A stretch of 64,000 nucleotides of DNA from Pseudovirgaria hyperparasitica (taxonomy: Eukaryota): the NCBI GenBank assembly GCA_010093815.1, contig ML996570.1; one strand, 5' to 3'. Under the pieces are notes generated by a model, which worked only from the letters and a program-made list of their open reading frames with translations, did no database searches and was not told the origin of the DNA. Positions 25,956 to 40,600 of the stretch are shown here, piece by piece. Both the position numbers and the translations under genes were made by a program. The stretch's first letter is position 1. Each line of letters opens with the position of its first letter.

Positions 25956-27614
25956 CTACCCCACCTTCCGAATAACAACCTCCACATCCTCGCCCTCCAA
26001 CGGCGGCAAAATCCCCACCGAAACCGCCTTCGTATCCACCATCCGCGCCAACCTCTCCCAACTCCGCTCCACCCCCTCCGGCAACCGCACATCAAACCGC
26101 GTAAACGCAATCCCGACAAACGTCAACACCGCCTTCAGCGCAATCGCCCGGCCAGGGCAATACGTGCTCCCGCCGCCAAACGGGCGGAATTCCTTGCCCT
26201 TGGTGAGATCCTTCTGCGCGGAGGTCCAGCGGGCGGGGTCGAAGGTGTCGGCCTGCGGGCCCCAGAGGGAGGCGTCGTGGTGCATGGGGCGGTAAGGCAT
26301 GGTGACGATGCCGTCTTTGCGGAGGAGTTTCCCGGCGATTTCGGTGTCGGCGGCGACGCTGCGGACGGAGAGGGAGGAGGTGATGTGGCGGAGGGATTCG
26401 TTGTAGACGGCCATGAGGGAGGGGCAGAGCTCGAGGGCGGCGGGGAGGTCGAGGTGTGGGTTTGCTGCGATGGAGGCTTTGATTTCGTGTTTGATGGTTG
26501 AGTGGAGGTGTTCGTCGTGCAGGATGTGGGCGAGGACCCAGAAGGCTTGCTTGTAGGCGTTTGAGTTTGTGACCCACATTGGGACGACGAACATGGTTGC
26601 CAGGTCGTCGGGGCCGAGGCCGAAGGCGCGGATCTTGTCCTCGAGGGCGGTGACCATGTAGGCTGCGTCGGCGCGGTCGGGCTGGGGGATGGCGAAGTAG
26701 GTGCGGAAGGTGGACTTGAGCTCGGCGAGGGCGTTGTGGACTTCCTTGGCCATGACGGGCGGGAGCTGGTAGATGAGCTGCCAGGAGTAGTCGTCGAAGT
26801 CGGAGATGATCTGGACCATGTTTGGCTGCAGGTCGGTGAGGGTCTTGTTGAAGAGGGCGAGGTTGAGGGAGTCGATGAGGACGGCGCGGGTGAAGGTCCA
26901 GAGGGACATGGTCATTTGGGTCTTGCCCTCGGAGCGGATGGCGTCGCGGGGCACGTTGTCCCAGGTCAGGGCCTTGTCCATGTGGTGGGACATGGAGGTC
27001 CAGATGGAGGTGAGGTTGGGCCCGGGGTTGAATTGCTTGCGGAAGATGTCGACGGCGTGCTCCGAGAGGGGCTTCTCGGCTGGGTTGCCCCAGCCCTTCT
27101 TCATGCCGTCGGCGCTGACTCCGAGCGACTTCATCATGTCCTTTGCGAACTTTTCGGTGCTGAGCGTCTTGGTGTTGCGGTAGACGGTGTTGATGTCCTG
27201 GGGCGCGGTGACAAAGTACATGCGCTGCCCGGCAACACGCATCATGTAGGGAATGCTGCTATTGTTGAAGTACTCCCGGCCGAGGCGGGCGGCCTTTTCA
27301 CCGTCGCGGAAGAAGTCGATGGCGTGGCCGAGGAACGGGACCGTGTAGGGAACCTCCTTGGGCTCGCGTGGGTGAAGCAGCGGGTAGACTGTAAACGAGT
27401 ACACCCGCCACACAATCCAGGCGAGACCCAAGCCGATGATCGTCAGGGTGGGCCATGAAAGCTCCGAGAGCTTGAACGTGGCATTGGAGGATTGCTCGAC
27501 TACCTTTTCAAAAGCGAGGGCAAAGGAGACGAAGCCAAGGAGATGGTGTTTCACCGAGGAATCGTTCAGGGCGAGGCTGTTGGACTCCTGGTTGCGGACC
27601 TCTAGTGTCGCCAT
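25956..27614 (-). CDS. Cytochrome P450, CYP7/CYP8-like (intronless)
   Basis: PYTVPFLGHA, I-helix WVTNSNAY (no acid-Thr pair), NESLR, FDPARW and heme motif PFGGGSTYCPGR. Confidence 0.92.
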   Translation of the reverse strand: MATLEVRNQESNSLALNDSSVKHHLLGFVSFALAFEKVVEQSSNATFKLSELSWPTLTIIGLGLAWIVWRVYSFTVYPLLHPREPKEVPYTVPFLGHAIDFFRDGEKAARLGREYFNNSSIPYMMRVAGQRMYFVTAPQDINTVYRNTKTLSTEKFAKDMMKSLGVSADGMKKGWGNPAEKPLSEHAVDIFRKQFNPGPNLTSIWTSMSHHMDKALTWDNVPRDAIRSEGKTQMTMSLWTFTRAVLIDSLNLALFNKTLTDLQPNMVQIISDFDDYSWQLIYQLPPVMAKEVHNALAELKSTFRTYFAIPQPDRADAAYMVTALEDKIRAFGLGPDDLATMFVVPMWVTNSNAYKQAFWVLAHILHDEHLHSTIKHEIKASIAANPHLDLPAALELCPSLMAVYNESLRHITSSLSVRSVAADTEIAGKLLRKDGIVTMPYRPMHHDASLWGPQADTFDPARWTSAQKDLTKGKEFRPFGGGSTYCPGRAIALKAVLTFVGIAFTRFDVRLPEGVERSWERLARMVDTKAVSVGILPPLEGEDVEVVIRKVG

Positions 27615-29832
27615 GATGTATTGTGTATGTGTGCGTGTATGGCAGAGATAATGAAGTGCTGGTGGTTGAAGTAGAAGAAGATCTAGCCAGCTAGGAAGGA
27701 TATATATTCTAGGTTGAAATAAGGGATAGCAGAAAGTGTGTGAAGTGGGGAGGGGGGAGGTGAGTGTTTGAGTTAAGGAAGAGTGTATTCAATCAGTATT
27801 ACATGCTCTTATATATCTCCTGGGGTTTGTGTGTTACAGCAGTCTCCATCATCCCTAGATCCTGCGAGACAGTATTCACCGTGCCCTTGTTGAAACGGAC
27901 TATTTTCACACCATTGGCTGGGAGGGTATTTCGAACACGCACAGGAGACGGTTGACGTAGCCCAACTAGGAGCACAATCCTACAGTGCCGGCGTAACACC
28001 ATCAATGCTCAAGCCTCTGACGAGTTCGCAGCACGATAAGCATGACAAGCATTGATAGATCACCTTCTAGAAAAGGCACGGTGGCGGACATGGCAGGAGG
28101 CCGTGGACCCTGAACAGGGAGCTAGCACATGGTGATGCCTTTGTTTTGGATCGAGATGTGGGGCGTATGCAAGATAGTGTTGTTGATATGAGTGGACTCC
28201 CAGGCTATCTGCAGATCCAGGATGATGATCCTCCAGAAATAGCTGCATAGACCCTGATGACGACGGGTATAGATGTCTCTCACCATGTGTGAATGTGGGG
28301 CTGAGCATTGATCCACAGGCGGGCGGGTATTTTAGATGATCTTCAAAATGCATGGGGATTGGAGCCTTGAATGGTTGACATGTCTGTTCAGCTCCAGAGG
28401 TGAATATGCATCACATGTAGGAGACACTGCATGGCACCAGCGCCCAACAACATGGATGAAATGTATGTTCATACGCGTGGTGACTGAGATGGCATATTGG
28501 AGGCAGAGTAAGATTCCAGAACAACCTCATCACAGAACCACACCAGTAGACTGGCCTTGCTCTTTCTGGTAGATCAAAGTGAAATACACGACGAGAGGGG
28601 GCCGGGATCTTTCCTGGACGAGAATCTAGCCCCCGAGCACGAGGTGGACGTCGGCGTCTGAGACAGTTCCACTTCTGCAGCCAGAAACATTGAGTCCCAA
28701 ACTTGAGGCTCAAGAAGATGATGGTGGGACCCGATTGGCGTATGACGTCGTACGGTAAGATTGAACGCCGCGGGCCAAGCCTATGGTAGGATGCCAAATT
28801 CAGATAAGCAGAATGTAGGAATATTGTGCCAGAGGAACTTTGGACGCGCAGTAGGCATAGGATGGATCGACGGCAAGCAGATGTTCTTCGCGTGGTGTGT
28901 TAATCTTCTACTGGCTCGACATTATGTGACTATAGGACAGTAGTGGACATGCTCCCACGTGTCGGCGTCCGAATGTGTGATGGAGGGCTAGTATAACGAT
29001 GATAGGTATGGTTTAGGATCTCTTGTGAATGCTTAGACTCAAGCATGTCATGCAGGACAAAGCCATAGTGGACTGCAGGGCGGTCTGTGTGGCTCAAAGA
29101 GCGCGGCTGATGGTTCATCTGGGGCCGAAAGCGGTTTAGTGTAAACAGATTAAGCGGAAGCTTAGCATGTTTCGGAGAAATGCTCCGTCCAGAGGAGCCG
29201 CTTGCCGGTGTGCGAAATATAGCACAAGTCTCCGTCTACGCACGGGGTTCGTGATGCTGCCAAATTCTCCGAGTAGACTGTTTGCCGGAACAGGTATAGA
29301 GATGTCTGGATCTGCCCGGCTATTGGTCCGTTGATGCCATGATAATAGAGTCTGTTTTTTTCAAACCCGGCAGTGAAGATCCCTCGCGTCAGAAATTCCT
29401 GTACTTGTGCCACGCTGATATCTCGTGGTCAAGATCGTGATACTGTGGATTTGCATTCTCCATATAGAGCAATTGTTCAAGCTGCCGGTAGATGAACTTG
29501 TCGCATACGAAGTACGAAATTATGGTCCCTTGACGAACACCTGTGGCTGGTGAAGGGATCAGTTCTCGCACACTGCTTGGCATCCATCGCGTGTTCAACA
29601 CCTACCCACCCCCTGCTGGGGCTTGTGTTTAACGGATACTTTCGTTATTTTTATCACGCCTCCCTCTGAATCCTCATGAACCTCGCACTAATCCGCTTTG
29701 TCTGGTCTCTGATTTGCAGGCCCGTTTAAAGCAGAGCCGCATGCGTCATGGTCTCCATTTGCCCAAAGGAATCGGGATCCGAGCAGTCACGTTACTCGCT
29801 GCTCATGATGGATTCGACTGATTGTCCGAGCA

Positions 29833-29932
29833 ATAAACCAAGCGGGATTCACATAAACCAAGCGGGATTCACATAAACCAAGCGGGATTCACATAAACCA
29901 AGCGGGATTCACATAAACCAAGCGGGATTCAC
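29833..29932. repeat. Five perfect tandem copies of the 20-mer ATAAACCAAGCGGGATTCAC
   Basis: Read directly from the sequence. Ends 51 bp before the P450 ATG at 29984. Confidence 0.97.
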
Positions 29933-29983
29933 CCCTGGTTCCTTTCCTCTTGGTTCCCTCAATCTCAATTCAACACCATCGTA

Positions 29984-31724
<1,741 letters not shown>

Positions 31725-33176
31725 GAGCGAAGTGACTGTGATTAGAATGATGAGATGCTGATAGAATAAGGGCGTGGAGTGGGATGGAAACGGAAAAGTG
31801 TAGGCATAATAGTGTAGAACAGCATGACTTGTATCGCGAATTGCACTGGAAAGCGTTTGGCATGGATGTAGCCCCGCCTTTTTTACAGCATGGGATGGAG
31901 TTTAACGGTAGCAGCGGTAGCAAGGGTGATAGAAAGTCAAACTCAGGACAAGATTCCAGTCTCTAGTCTCGAGTGAATATTCTGTTGACGGCACAGAGAA
32001 GCGAAGATTACTTAGTCAGTACTGTACCGCAATCATCGATCGATCGATCGACATCACGTGCAAGCATGACCAGTCACGGGCTTCTACAATCCGATGCGGT
32101 TGGCGACTAATTTGTACAATGCGATCTGCACTCGGCGTTCGCTTTCTCCACCAATCAGAGGCCTGCGGGTCATGAACTTCCAAGCTTTCTTGGCGAGATT
32201 GTCCCTTGGAAGCTTGGTTGGTGATCCATGCTACTGTAATTATGTGTCCATTGCTTGAGCTCGTTCGTAGGGCTGCAGCAGCATCGGGCCGTCTTTGCAT
32301 GACGACGATGATGCCGTTTATTGTATACAATATTGGAAGTAAACATTCTGGCATTTGAACGTCTATTCAGCCACCTATCGCTGTGACTGTGACATGTACC
32401 TGGATGCGTGCAAGCGAGGGCAGCGACAGATATATAGAGAAATCCGGTGGAACTCGGGCACCATTGAATGGGGAGTTGGAGGTGTAAGTGTCCGGAAAAC
32501 TGGGGTTTGGGGGCGCTAGATACGAAAAACGAGAAATGCACCGCATCTGAACGGGCGCCTGCTCTTCGTGACCAATCAGCGTCCTGCATTTGGCACCGTA
32601 TGACGCACCTCCTTCTGCACTACCCGACAACTCAAACAACAAAGGAGGAAAGACAATGTATGTTGATGCGACAAGTTAAGCCTCCATGTCTGCGCTTGGG
32701 GGGGGGCGGTTATCCTGATGACGCATCTCTCCCCTGTCTGTCTCCAATCCTCCTTCAACTACTGCAACTTTTCACCCTCTCTAACTTCCGCTTAAGCTTC
32801 ATACTTGCCCTTGACAAAACGTTCTTGTCCTGGTCAGAGCTTAAGCTTGTTTCTCTGTACCTAAGCCACTCCACTACATACACACCTAGCGCCCCGGCTA
32901 CAACTACATACACTACAGATCAAGCAGCCCCAACCAGATCCCTTCATTCTCTCCACCCTGGGTAACGTACCCTGTTTGTCGTATAAGCACTGCCTCGTCC
33001 CGAAATCTCCTACTCCCTTTTGACGCGTCCTCCATACTCGCTTCCGTTTCATATATCAGTCCTCCTTCTTCGCTTGCCTTCACTACTCACCTTACTCTCT
33101 TCAGTCCACTCAACCTCACCTCACCTCCAAGCCACTCAAAGATACCCACACTACAATATCACGACTGTTCAGCATC

Positions 33177-34080
33177 ATGATTGAGACTCCCTCACAACGA
33201 CTGGCCGTCGCCGAATTGGCCATCTACGCTCTTTTCTCCCTTCTCGGCATCTTCAACTTCATCAAGCATGGCAGGCACGGTTGGCTCGGCTGGTTTTTCT
33301 TCCTGGCCTTCTGTCTGCTTCGTCTCACCGGCCAGGGCATGTCAATCAACAGCAGCAGCTCGTCGGCTGCAATTGTCAGTTCCATTGGTATTTCAGCTTT
33401 GATTTTGGCTGTGCTTGGCATCACACACGAATGGTTTGTGTTTTTATCCACCCACCAAAGAATGCGCTAACAGCTTGCAGCTCCAAGTACACCAAGAACT
33501 ACAAGAAGCAGGTTGAGTGGGCTGTCATCATCTTCCTTCACGTCGTCGTCTCTACTGGTATCATCCTCGTTGCCATTGGCGGCTCGCATCTCTCCGATCC
33601 AGCCGAGGATCCAAAGAAGTCGCAAAACCTAATGGAAGGTGGTTACATCCTCGTCCTGCTCGGTCTGCTTCTGGTCACTGGCTACATCATTGCAACATGG
33701 CGCATACTCCCATCTGCGCACCAAGCCGGCGGCGCCCACGCTTCATCTGCGCAAGCCAAGACCATGGCTCTCGCCGTTATCTGCACACTGCCCTTCATCT
33801 ACGCCCGCGTCATCTTTGGCGTCGTCTCTGCCTTTAAGATTCTCACCGACCCGTCGCTCAGCCCATTCAACGGCAGCTTCGTCGTCAAGCTCGTGCCCAT
33901 GTCGCTGATGCAGATCTTTGCTGCTCTCATTCTCGTGGTCGGTGGCTTGTTGACACGCAACATTGCGTCCAAGAAAGCCTATGAGCCGGAAAGGGTATGT
34001 TGAACCAAATCCCTCCATTCTAGCACGTCTGAGAGCAAGTCATCTGACGAGAATAGAAAATCAGCCAGAACTCCTACTAA
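33177..34080 (+). CDS. Fungal polytopic (about 7 TM) membrane protein, remotely RTA1-like; function unknown (3 exons)
   Basis: Hydrophobic segments with KHG..GWLGWFFFLAFCLLR and LPFIYARVIF. Introns at 33434-33480 and 33995-34056. Confidence 0.75.
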
Positions 34081-35016
34081 GTCATTTCTGATGCAGCAAA
34101 TCAGGGACACGGAGGCGCGCGAGCACAAGGCCTGTGTCTACCCACGACCAGGCTCAGCCGAGATGGGCGGGAGCTTAAGCGTGCTTTGGGTGCAGAATGA
34201 ATGATGGTCGTGGAAAATGGTTGTACGATTAGCGCTTGCAGAAGTAAAGTAGTGCGTCATTTCTTGGCATCGGCGTTTGACTCTTTCCATATGGGGATGA
34301 TCGGATCCAGCGCCGGGCAGATATGGGGGGAAGTCTTTGAACAACATGCATAGACCGTGTGTAGCACATCTAATGAATTTCATTGACCTCTTGATATTTC
34401 CACTATGCTCATGCTGATTGATTGATTTCTTGGCGTCGCATACTGCTGAACAGTTCGTCGTCGTATCAAGTCACGTGCGCGCCCTCATTCCTTTTCCTGA
34501 TGTGGGCACACAAATCGTGACAAGACACCTGGATCTAAGATAGTCATCCCATGGCAGACTCGACTATGCTCAACAAGTTTCATCTTTCTTTCTTTCTGTT
34601 GAAATGTGCGATCCTGAAACTGCCAGGGCGAGACACCGTCCCCTCTTCCTTGTGGCACATAGTCTCTTAGTAGGATCGTGTCCGTCTTCTGTGATGTTTG
34701 CACGAGCCAGGCTGTCTCTTGCACATTCGTGGTAGCGGGAACCATGTCTAAGGCTTCATTGTGCATCTTACTAACTGTAGAAATGGCTGGCTTATGACGG
34801 AGCTTTCTCGTATGAGCCTCTATGCAGTACGTTCCGCGGTGCGATTGGGTGAGTCATACGAAATGAGGTCGCATCTCCCAGCATCCTCTTCACTCCGTTA
34901 CCAACAGATGCAAACCAACAGTATTCCACAGAGCGACTTCTCCAGGAAAGATCATAGCATTTTCATTACATACTAATACTAAAGTCAAAGGTTGCGATAT
35001 ACTCGAGACCTCATCT

Positions 35017-36626
35017 ATGGAGACGCCAAAGCAATCAGATGCCGCAGAAGCAACCGGCACAGCTGTTCAAGCCAAAGACGTTGCGCACGCAAGCCAAGAT
35101 GTAAATCCCTGGAGTGTCAGTGGCGCCGTTGTCGACGGCAAAATCCAGGCAATTGACTACAATAACCTTGTGGACTCTTTCGGGACTCAACTCATCACAG
35201 GCGATTTGCTTCAACGCTTCAAAGATGTGACTGGGCACGAACCGCATATTTACATGAGGAGAGGGCTTTTCTTTAGCCATAGAGATCTCAACCTCATACT
35301 GGACCTTCATGCAGCGGGCAAGCCGTTCTTCCTGTATACGGGAAGAGGCCCGAGTAGTGCCAATATGCACCTGGGCCACATGATACCCTTCACGTTTACC
35401 AAGTGAGCCCTTCTTTTGTCCTTCTGAGCTGGGGTACCACACGGTCTCTGACTTTCACCCTTCGTGCAGATGGCTTCAAGATGTATTCGACGTTCCGCTT
35501 GTGATCATGATGACCGACGACGAGAAGGTCATCTTCCAGAAGATCAATCTCGACAGGAAAGACAGTTGTTCTCCTTACACGGACGAGGAGATGGACGGCT
35601 TCGTCAAACAGAACGCGCTCGACATCTTATCTGTCGGCTTCGATCTCAAGAAGACATTCCTCTTCAGCGATTTCGAATTCATGGGCGGCGCGTTCTACAG
35701 AAATGTCGTCAAAATCTCCCGTCTCATCACTTTGAACCAAAGCAAAGCCGTATTCGGTTTCAATGACAGGTAAGGTCGTCGTTGTCGTAAAGAAGTTCTC
35801 AGATACCAATATAACACGTTCTGGCAGTGATTCGGTGGGGAAAGCCCATTTCGTGTCCGTCCAGACAGCAACCGCATTCGCAACCTCGTTTCCTCACATC
35901 TTCGGCACGAACACGGAAGAAGTCGCAAAGATCCCCGCGCTCATCCCGTGCGCCATCGACCAGGATCCGTACTTTCGCGTCTGCAGAGACGTGGCCCATC
36001 GTCTCAAGTACCAGAAACCTGCTCTGATCCATGCCAAATTCTTCCCCGCTCTCCAGGGTCCGGGCTCAAAGATGAGCGCATCCGATGCAAACAGTGCAAT
36101 TTTCATGTCGGATGATATGAACACAATGTAAAGAAACCCCCCCCCTCCTAACCCCCCCTCCTTGTTCTCCCAGTCGTCCCTAACTGAAACAAAAAATCAC
36201 AGCAAGAAGAAGATCAACAAACATGCCTTTTCCGGCGGCGCAGCAACGGCCGAAGAGCAGAGGCAATTCGGAGGGAATCCAGACGTAGATGTCGCGTTCC
36301 AGTATCTCAGATTCTTCCTCGAGGACGACAAGGAGTTGAAGCGTATTGAAGATGCTTATCGGAAGGGAGAGCTGCTGACTGGGGAACTGAAGAAGATCTG
36401 TATCCAGCAGCTTCAAGCTTTTGTTGGTGATTTCCAGAAACGTAGGGCGCTTCTCGATAGTAGTGGTGGTGGTGGTGGTGAGGACGGCAGGAAAAAGAAA
36501 GGGATCAGTGAGCAGGGTGCTCAAGTGGTGAGAGACTTCATGCAAGTACGTCCGTTGATCTGGAGAGGCAAGGAGGTGGATGCTGCGGGGGGAGAGGAGG
36601 GAGAGACGCGTGAAGTTACCCTGTAA
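35017..36626 (+). CDS. WRS1: Cytosolic tryptophanyl-tRNA synthetase (4 exons)
   Basis: [24 protein letters not shown] (HIGH motif), [22 protein letters not shown] and [10 protein letters not shown]. Confidence 0.95.
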
Positions 36627-37697
36627 GGATCTATTCTAGGCCGGCACGCATAAAATTTATAGGGCAGCTTAGGGTCTTTCGTGAGTGGAAATTCTAGCGC
36701 TTAAAGACTTGCGGACGGATGTCTCCTCGTTGGTTTGATTTCTGATTGTTGGCGTAGTGGAATGTGTTGCTCTTGCATGAGTAGGTTGATTGATGCCTTA
36801 CAAAGCTAGTGCCAAGATGTTTCTGCCTCAGTCACTAATTACCTATTATGCCGTGACGTTCCTACGTTTGGGTTCGCGGATAAAGCTTCCTACATCACAA
36901 AGCCTTCTGCCCGAGGGTCTAGGTTTCTGTTACGCTTATCGGTCAATATCACGCTGTGGCTCGTATAATCCCGGTTTGTTGCACGAGTTGCACCCGTACC
37001 CGCAGCCTGAATGCTTCGTCACACTCAGCTCTCACTCGCAACTCTTGAGGACAAGGTAGCCTGTTGGCTCCCTTATCATCAGCTTCCATACATACTAACT
37101 CTGCAGCAGGATGTAAATATATGCACGAATCCTCCTTCACAGACCGAAAAGAAGTCCAGATATGTGAACACCAGTAAGGTATTGATGCCTTCTTGATCTA
37201 GAAGCTTTTGCTTGTCGGTGGCTTGCATCCCGCTGCATCTATTTTGAAAAGTCATGGTCTCGCTCCTGCAGCTCATGGGGTGTGTTGAATCCCTTGCCCG
37301 TTACGACCAATGGTAATTGTCGATACGCGCCAAACATGGAAATTGAACTCAGCTGCTTAGCGGATTTTCCCACATGAACTGTACGCGAACGCTTCAGATG
37401 AATGAATCCTAGTGTCACGATTGCTTGGAGCAACTACTCACCGATCAGATCGTCAGCCGCATGCTTCCAATTCTTACCAAAAAAAGCGCTGCTATTTTGT
37501 TTTGGGCTATACTTGCCAGGCTCGTCGTAGGTACATTCAATCATGTTGTAGCATGCAAGCTCAAATCCTCGGGCCTCGCAAGGCTGGGGATTGTTTGAAA
37601 TACAGCATACGCCTGCCTCCATCTTGCGTTACCTGGACTGGCCTTTTGGCTTATATGTCTACTCACTCAACGAACTAACCATAACTTATCATTCGCA

Positions 37698-40600
37698 ATG
37701 GACCATTCACACCCACGTCGACTTCCAGAACGAACAACCTCCCCCTTCTCAACCTCTCCATTCCCGCATAACATGTCTCCTAACCCAGCTGCAATCCCAG
37801 TCAACCGCGTGACTTCATCGGTCATCAATGCGCGGCCAGTGCTTCGCCGAGGGTCTAGCGGGAGCCGGGTGATTAACCAGACGCTGACCTTGGGTAATGG
37901 AGCAGCCTCTACGGCATTCGACACCTCATCTGGACCGAACTCACCGAAACGACCACAGCCAGAGTTAAAACCGAAACCCTGTGAGAACTGTGACGCTGCT
38001 AATGTGCAGACATGGCACTGTTCTTACTGTGACATGCTCTTCTGTGACCCTTGTTGGGTCAAGCAAGGCCCACATAAGTCAGGAAAGACCGGTCCCGATG
38101 GTTTACCACATGAGAAAGCAGATCTTCGTATTGTGAAGAGGCTGAAAGATATATTGACACCGTCTTCAGACCCTACCGAACAAGCTGGTCTTCATATCGA
38201 TGATGAAGACACGACGTGGTTTGGCATTGATCGGGACAATAACCATCAACCGGTCTTCTACGACTACGGTAGATACGCTACAATCATCGCGAACAGTACC
38301 ACTCCCGAATCAAAAGTTCGATACCCACAACTCGTCTCCTTCATTGGTCAGACGGGGGCGGGCAAAAGTACGCTCGTGAAGATGCTCATTGACCAGCAGG
38401 AAAGGCAATCGAGTGGTTATCCTCGCGGGCCGTTCCCATCGCCAGTCGTTGGATCGAGCCGCAATGACAATGTGCCTACATCAGGCGATGTTCATCTCTA
38501 TGGGGATCCCAGGACATACAACAGCCAATATCCAGTCCTGTATGCTGATTGTGAGGGCCTAGAAGGCGGAGAGAACACACCGATGAGCGTCCAATTCAAG
38601 GAGAAGTCGTCTAAACATAGCAACAGGAAACGCTCAGATTCCAATCCGGACCATCGCAAGCGAACCAAGATCACACGAGTGGCGAGGGGTACACAGCGTC
38701 ACATGACATGGGCCAACTCTCCTGAGACTCAGAAAAGACAGTACGCTGTAACGGAGCTGTATCCACGGCTGCTGTACACATTTTCTGATGTCATTGTTTT
38801 TGTACTGCGGAATCCAAAGTAAGCGACCATCTACCCGTCAATCTACTACGCTACGGGTTCGACCCTAATATTATGATAGAACATTCGAGTCATCCGTGTT
38901 GTCAAAGTTGTTGGGTTGGGCTTCTGCTTCCATGGAAAAGTCGCTTAATCAACCTACACTCCCACATGCAATCATCGCGCTGAACGCGACTGATATGGAA
39001 GTCGACCCTAGAGAATGGGAGCCAGAATTTGCTACTCGGACGCTGATGGCCAACGTTGCAGGAGCAATCCACCGAGATTCGGGCTACAGGCAGCTTGCAG
39101 ACTATTGGTCTAGCCAGGAAGGCAGGCGAATCAACACAACTAAAGATCTACTGGAATGCTACTATTCTTCTGTGACAGTTGTTCGCATCCCAGTCAAGGG
39201 TAGGTATATGAAAATTGACGAGCAGATCAACAAACTTCATACCACCATCACCGAAAGGTCTGCACAGTCTTTCCGGGCCAAGCGAAGCTCACGCATGCTG
39301 TCGAACTCCGAGGAGCTGAATATATACTTGCAATCAGCATTCGATCATTTCTCAAACGACCTCGATACGCCATTCAACTTTATGGATGTCGCGTTCAAAA
39401 TCAACCCGATACCTCTCGACTTTGGCGGAAACATTCTCAAGCTAGCAGTTGCGATGCGGAATTCGGGCAAATTTGAGGATCCCCGCCAACTCTTCAAAGA
39501 CCTTAGCTTCATGGTCGCATCTTGTATATTGCTAGATTGCAGCCGACAGAACCTCAAAGGTATCGTCCGTCCAACCTCCTGACAAACAATGCCCCTACTC
39601 CCTATTCTGTTGTGTATTACCGTGACATATCTGACCAGGCACACAGGTCCGGCAGACCGAATCCTTGAACGGGGATACCTCGACTACTGCGACAATGCAC
39701 TGGAAGACTACTGTGCAATATTCCTGCCGTGTCAGTATGAGAACAGACGTGGCCGATGCGTGAACGTCCGCGAGGGACATATCAAAGGCCATCAGAATGA
39801 GCGCGGAGCAGTTATAGGCAAAGGCGCCTATGAATCAACGTTTACCTGGGAGTCATTCGAGGATGACTGGGAACAGCACCTGCAAAACCATCTCCTAGAA
39901 ATGCAAGAGGACTTGAACAGGGACATGCAGGAAAGACCTAACCTCCCAGAAATCACTCTGAGCTCGAGGCTACACCTCAGAAATGTCAATCACTTCTACC
40001 GGCACCTCGGAGGGGCCAAATACTTTGTCAGTCATTCGGCGTGTTTCTGCTGCCTCAGAGAAATGGCAGAACATCCTTTACCGTGTGGGCACGTCCTCTG
40101 CAAGGCATGCATCAAAGCATACGGAGATGAACAACAGCAACAGGTCAGCTTGGCAGCCTGTCCTTTACATAACCGAAGCATGATCTTCAGTACACCTTGG
40201 CGCATACCTATCAAGGCAGAGCTGGCGGGCGTGCGTATACTGTCTTTGGATGGGTAAGCTAGAAGCACCAGACGTGCACATCTAACTCGCTCTAATGAAC
40301 TACACAGAGGCGGCATTCGCGGAATCGTGGAGCTGGAAGTCCTGCGACAGATCGAGATTGCGCTTGGAGGTTGTATCCCGATCCAGGAATTCTTTGATCT
40401 CATAGTAGGAACCAGGTTCGTCAACAAGGTCCGGCCATGTCATGTACGTACACGCTAACACGTATCACAGTACCGGTGGTATTATAGCGATAGCATTAGG
40501 TATTGAGAACTGGTCGATCCAAAAATGTATAACTATGTTCCTGAAGCTATGCGATAAAGCATTCCAGCCCAAGTTGGGCGGACTTCGACTTGGATCGAGC

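Noticed and set aside
19277..29782. Shared TCGGATC motif upstream of the SDR (19277) and two P450s (22641, 29772-29782)
   Set aside because: The motif is short, CGG spacing differs between sites, it is absent next to the CYP7-like gene, and it also occurs at unrelated positions (e.g. ~18715, ~22197, ~34301).
29833..29932. 20-bp repeats as a CRISPR array
   Set aside because: The copies abut with no spacers, there are no cas genes, and the context is eukaryotic.
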